Of a stretch of DNA of 64,000 nucleotides, positions 60,399 through 64,000 are shown one piece after another. Numbering within the stretch: the stretch's first letter is position 1; each line of letters starts with the position of its first letter. The notes under the pieces are model-generated. The model was not told the DNA's origin, searched no databases, and saw only the letters and a list, made by a program, of their open reading frames with translations. A program made the translations under genes and the position numbers. This stretch comes from Nitrosopumilaceae archaeon (lineage in GTDB: Archaea; Thermoproteota; Nitrososphaeria; Nitrososphaerales; Nitrosopumilaceae), in contig OZ242376.1 of assembly GCA_965209085.1 (NCBI GenBank), positions 256,001 through 320,000 on the forward strand, given 5' to 3'.

Positions 60399-60638
60399 AT
60401 GGCAACCGCATACGTTCTGATAAACTGCGAACTTGGCTCCGAGGAACCAATCATAAAACAGCTTAAAGATTTGGATGGAGTGCGCGAAGTACACGGTACT
60501 TTTGGCGCTTATGACATTTTGGCAAAGATAGAATCCGATACGGTGGAAAAACTCCGGGAAACAATCACATGGAAAATCCGTAAAATAGACAAAATCCGCT
60601 CAACGCTCACACTTATGGGCATAGACGGACAGACATAA
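60399..60638 (+). CDS. Lrp/AsnC ligand-binding-domain protein
   Basis: AYVLINCELG.E, GTFGAYDI and IRSTLTL motifs. Confidence 0.9.
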   Translation: MATAYVLINCELGSEEPIIKQLKDLDGVREVHGTFGAYDILAKIESDTVEKLRETITWKIRKIDKIRSTLTLMGIDGQT

Positions 60639-60653
60639 TCCTCGGAAACTATT

Positions 60654-61232
60654 TTGCGCTTATCTTTTATTTTCATGTCTGCTCGGGACGATCTGAATCT
60701 GCGTGAAAAAGAATATTCATACGTGCACCGCATGGCAAATTTTTACTCATCATGGGTGCGGGAAAATTTCAACGAGGATTTTCAGACAAGCTGCGATCAG
60801 ATGGCCGTTGACAAGCGAGGACTACTGGACAGAATTGACACGCACACGCTGCTAAAAGATCATAATTCCAGGGATCCGGAAACGCTTCATTTCTATCTTG
60901 CAAACTTTAGGCCCATCTGGACTGACTGCACGTGCGAGGGGTATTCTGCGGAAAATTTTGGCATGTCACTCTGGCTTCAACCCAAAGACGGCGATGACGT
61001 GGATGATTTTTGCGCAACGAAAAACTGTCCTGTGGTATCGCACGTCCTGTGCCATGAGATGCTGCGGCGTAGCGGATACAAACGGCACGAGCAGGACGTA
61101 CATGAAGTATGGATGCGGCACTATCACGGAAGATTTGCACTACGGACGTACGATACGGATCATGCAGAGACAAAAGACAAACCTCTTTTTACCACGATTG
61201 ACGTGCAGGCGGTAAAAGCACTCAGTCGTTGA
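60654..61232 (+). CDS. Hypothetical protein with zincin-like His/Glu motif
   Basis: CTCEGY, HVLCHEML and VHEVW..H; start uncertain. Confidence 0.7.
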   Translation: MRLSFIFMSARDDLNLREKEYSYVHRMANFYSSWVRENFNEDFQTSCDQMAVDKRGLLDRIDTHTLLKDHNSRDPETLHFYLANFRPIWTDCTCEGYSAENFGMSLWLQPKDGDDVDDFCATKNCPVVSHVLCHEMLRRSGYKRHEQDVHEVWMRHYHGRFALRTYDTDHAETKDKPLFTTIDVQAVKALSR

Positions 61233-61854
61233 TTATGGAATAAATATTGCCCTCGAAATTTGCAAGCCGGAAGCTTAACGCGTTTTCAGGATCTGCGGGT
61301 CTCTCATCTGAGAGTCTTCCAAGCTCAGCTACAGCCTCTGTACTAAAACCTACAGACGAACCGTATACGGCCTCTACTAGCTGTGTGCCGTGATCGCCGG
61401 CCTTTATGTCATCTACAATGCGGTAAAACTTTGAAGTTTCTTTTTTGTTTATTGAATTGCCTACTGCCTTGTTAAAGGCCACTGCCGTATACATGCCGTT
61501 GCTTTTTACGGCAACCTGTACCTTGTGGTTTTTTCCAGTACCGCCAGGGATTGACTCGTCTACGAGTATTTCACACTTGTGATACATGCTAGTAACATAT
61601 GCGTAAAACCTCAAATTCGCAAATTTGCCTTCCTTGTCCTCGGCTGTATTCACAAACACCTTGTGCAGCATTTCTAGTGCGCGGTTGTTCATGCTCTGCA
61701 GCCTGTCATCTATGCGGCCTTTTTCAAGCAAATCCGAACCGCATTCCTTTGCCACAATGTTTAGGACAAAGTCAGGCAGATTGTAATTCTTCAGATCTGT
61801 AATGAGGGTGCCAGACTGTGACATGCTGAATTTGGGAAATCCTTTGTTTACCAT
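61222..61854 (-). CDS. Hypothetical protein
   Basis: 210-aa ORF with core-genome composition. Confidence 0.75.
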   Translation of the reverse strand: MVNKGFPKFSMSQSGTLITDLKNYNLPDFVLNIVAKECGSDLLEKGRIDDRLQSMNNRALEMLHKVFVNTAEDKEGKFANLRFYAYVTSMYHKCEILVDESIPGGTGKNHKVQVAVKSNGMYTAVAFNKAVGNSINKKETSKFYRIVDDIKAGDHGTQLVEAVYGSSVGFSTEAVAELGRLSDERPADPENALSFRLANFEGNIYSIIND

Positions 61855-62013
61855 TTTTCATACAATCCGCTATACATCAGTGTAAAAATGTAGCCTTTGT
61901 TTATAATTGTTAAGCGTAATATGCCATCAGGATGTAGCGCATACTGCGGTTTTTGACGCCAAACGTACACGCTGTGTGCAAATTATAAATTCATGTAAGC
62001 GCATACATAGTAC

Positions 62014-64000
62014 ATGGATGTGGAAACCACCCAAGAGATGGCATCAAAAATATACTCGATAATGGCCCAGCGCATAGCAGAATACAAAAACACCGCCAAC
62101 CGTCCGCTCACTCTAGCAGAAAAGATAATGGCTGGCCATTATGCAAAAAAACCCGAATCAATTCCAAAAAAAGGAATCGATTACGTATTTTTGCACCCAG
62201 ATAGAGTGGCTTTGCAGGATGTTACAGGACAGATGGTGATGCTACAGTTTATGCTTGCGGAAATGAAACAAACGTCGCTTCCGACAACAGTGCACTGCGA
62301 TCATTTGATACGCGCCGTAAGAGATGGCGAATCGGATACAAAAAATTCACTTGATGAGAACCGCGAGGTGTTTTTATTTTTAGAGTCTGCTGCATCAAAA
62401 TACGGCTGCGGATTTTGGAGGCCGGGTGCGGGAATAATACACCAGGTGGTGCTTGAAAATTACGCGTTTCCAGGGGGACTGCTGATAGGAACTGACTCGC
62501 ACACGCCAAATGCGGGAGGTCTTGGAATGATGGCAATCGGAGTAGGCGGCGTTGATGCAGCTGAAACCATGGCCGGCATGCCATGGGAGATATTGCACCC
62601 AAAACTAATTGGCATAAAACTTGTGGGCAGCTTCAACGGATGGACCTCGCCAAAAGATGTCATATTAAAGGTGGCCGGCGAGCTTGGAGTTTCAGGCGGA
62701 ACAAATTCAATCGTGGAATATTTTGGCCCTGGCGCATCATCATTAAGCTGCACGGGCAAGGCAACAATATGCAACATGGGAGCTGAGATTGGCGCGACCA
62801 CTTCTATATTTGCATACGATGAGAGCATGGGCAGATATCTGCGATCCACTGGCAGAGAAGAGATTGCGAATTTGGCCGATGAGAACAGATATCTGCTGAC
62901 TCCGGACTCAGAAGTTGAATCCGAGCCTGAAAAATACTATGATACAATACTGGAGATTGATCTTTCAACTTTGGAGCCGCATGTGGTAGGACCGCACACA
63001 CCGGATCTTGCCAGGCCAATATCTGAATTTGCCAAAGAGGTGGCCCAGAAAGGATATGTTGACAGGATATCAGTGGCGCTAATCGGCAGTTGTACAAATT
63101 CTTCGTACGAGGACATGTCGCGCGCAGCTGATGTGGCAGGCCAGGCTGCCAAAATGGGCGTCTCTTCTGCCGTGCCGCTGCTTGTCACACCCGGCTCTGA
63201 GATGATACGTGCCACGATAATGCGGGACGGACAGATGAGATCGCTGCAAAAAATCGGTGCCACCGTGCTTGCCAACGCATGCGGTCCGTGCATAGGCCAG
63301 TGGAGCCGTCCGGAACTGCAAAAAGGGGATGCAAATACAATCGTCACATCGTTTAACCGCAACTTTCCGGGACGCAACGACGGCAGGCGGGAGACGATGA
63401 ACTTTATTGCAAGTCCTGAAATTGTTCTAGCGTTCGCACTCGGAGGCAGACTCTCCTTTAATCCAATGCATGACAAGCTGCGTTCATCTGATGGTGCGGA
63501 ATTTTTACTAGAGCCGCCAAAAACCGCGCCGGATGTACCAAAAGACGGATTTGAAAATACCGCGGAAATTTATGTGCCGCCATCAAATGATCCCTCTTCT
63601 GTGCGGATAACGCTTGATCCCTCTAGCAAGAGACTGCAAAAACTTGAACCGTTCAAACCCTGGGATGGGGGGGACTTTGAGGATATGCATTTGATGGCAA
63701 AGGCGCAAGGCAAGTGCACCACGGATCACATATCTCCCGCGGGAGCCTGGCTTTCGCTGCGCGGACACCTTGATGCATTAAGCGATAACATGCTGCTTGG
63801 GGCGGTGAGCGACTTTGATGGCACAATCGGCGAGGGAACAAACGTCCTAAACGGGGAGCGGGCACCGTACGCGCAGATTGCAAGAGAGTACAAAAAACAG
63901 AATATGCGCTGGGTTATAATCGGGGATGAGAATTATGGCGAGGGAAGCAGCAGGGAACATGCTGCAATGACTCCAAGGTATCTTGGATGCGCTGCAGTCA
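62014..64000 (+). CDS. Aconitate hydratase; partial, runs off the right edge
   Basis: Not in the ORF track. Manual translation MDVETT...RPLTLAEKI...DRVALQD.TGQM...HCDH...GTDSHTPNAGG...GSCTNSS...NACGPCIG...NYGEGSSREHAA. Confidence 0.95.
   Translation, partial: MDVETTQEMASKIYSIMAQRIAEYKNTANRPLTLAEKIMAGHYAKKPESIPKKGIDYVFLHPDRVALQDVTGQMVMLQFMLAEMKQTSLPTTVHCDHLIRAVRDGESDTKNSLDENREVFLFLESAASKYGCGFWRPGAGIIHQVVLENYAFPGGLLIGTDSHTPNAGGLGMMAIGVGGVDAAETMAGMPWEILHPKLIGIKLVGSFNGWTSPKDVILKVAGELGVSGGTNSIVEYFGPGASSLSCTGKATICNMGAEIGATTSIFAYDESMGRYLRSTGREEIANLADENRYLLTPDSEVESEPEKYYDTILEIDLSTLEPHVVGPHTPDLARPISEFAKEVAQKGYVDRISVALIGSCTNSSYEDMSRAADVAGQAAKMGVSSAVPLLVTPGSEMIRATIMRDGQMRSLQKIGATVLANACGPCIGQWSRPELQKGDANTIVTSFNRNFPGRNDGRRETMNFIASPEIVLAFALGGRLSFNPMHDKLRSSDGAEFLLEPPKTAPDVPKDGFENTAEIYVPPSNDPSSVRITLDPSSKRLQKLEPFKPWDGGDFEDMHLMAKAQGKCTTDHISPAGAWLSLRGHLDALSDNMLLGAVSDFDGTIGEGTNVLNGERAPYAQIAREYKKQNMRWVIIGDENYGEGSSREHAAMTPRYLGCAAV

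Noticed and set aside
1-64000. CRISPR array, cas genes or rRNA
   Set aside because: No regularly spaced repeat-spacer series and no rRNA-like sequence seen; the recurring ATGCATAAT motif is explained by IS5/MITE TIRs.

Overview
This window is archaeal DNA from an ammonia-oxidising archaeon (Nitrososphaerota, most likely Nitrosopumilaceae). The evidence is the nuoABCDHIJKMLN operon without EFG, the three-gene acetyl/propionyl-CoA carboxylase of the 3HP/4HB cycle, Alba, Hel308, archaeal tRNAs and a BHB intron. A secreted serpin and heavy IS load suggest a host-associated lineage, possibly a sponge symbiont (inference). Housekeeping blocks (sdh, argH, znu, rfcL, acc, nuo, aconitase) are interrupted by AT-rich accessory islets. 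These islets carry IS5-like, IS110/IS1111, IS66 and IS481 elements and remnants, a 77-78 bp palindromic MITE, and several candidate defence genes: a TIR/glycine-zipper/Zn-ribbon protein with a partner, a REase-STAND ATPase, a HAD hydrolase, an HNH-HIT fusion and a PaREP1 protein. The strongest novel signal is an archaeal IS1111-type element whose 3' non-coding region (about 5217-5330) has a readable bridge-RNA/seekRNA architecture. One loop matches the element's own circle junction. The other matches the terminal inverted repeat of the resident IS5/MITE family. Both copies of the element in the window sit at the same position inside that TIR. All assignments were made by eye from motifs; no database searches or folding programs were run.
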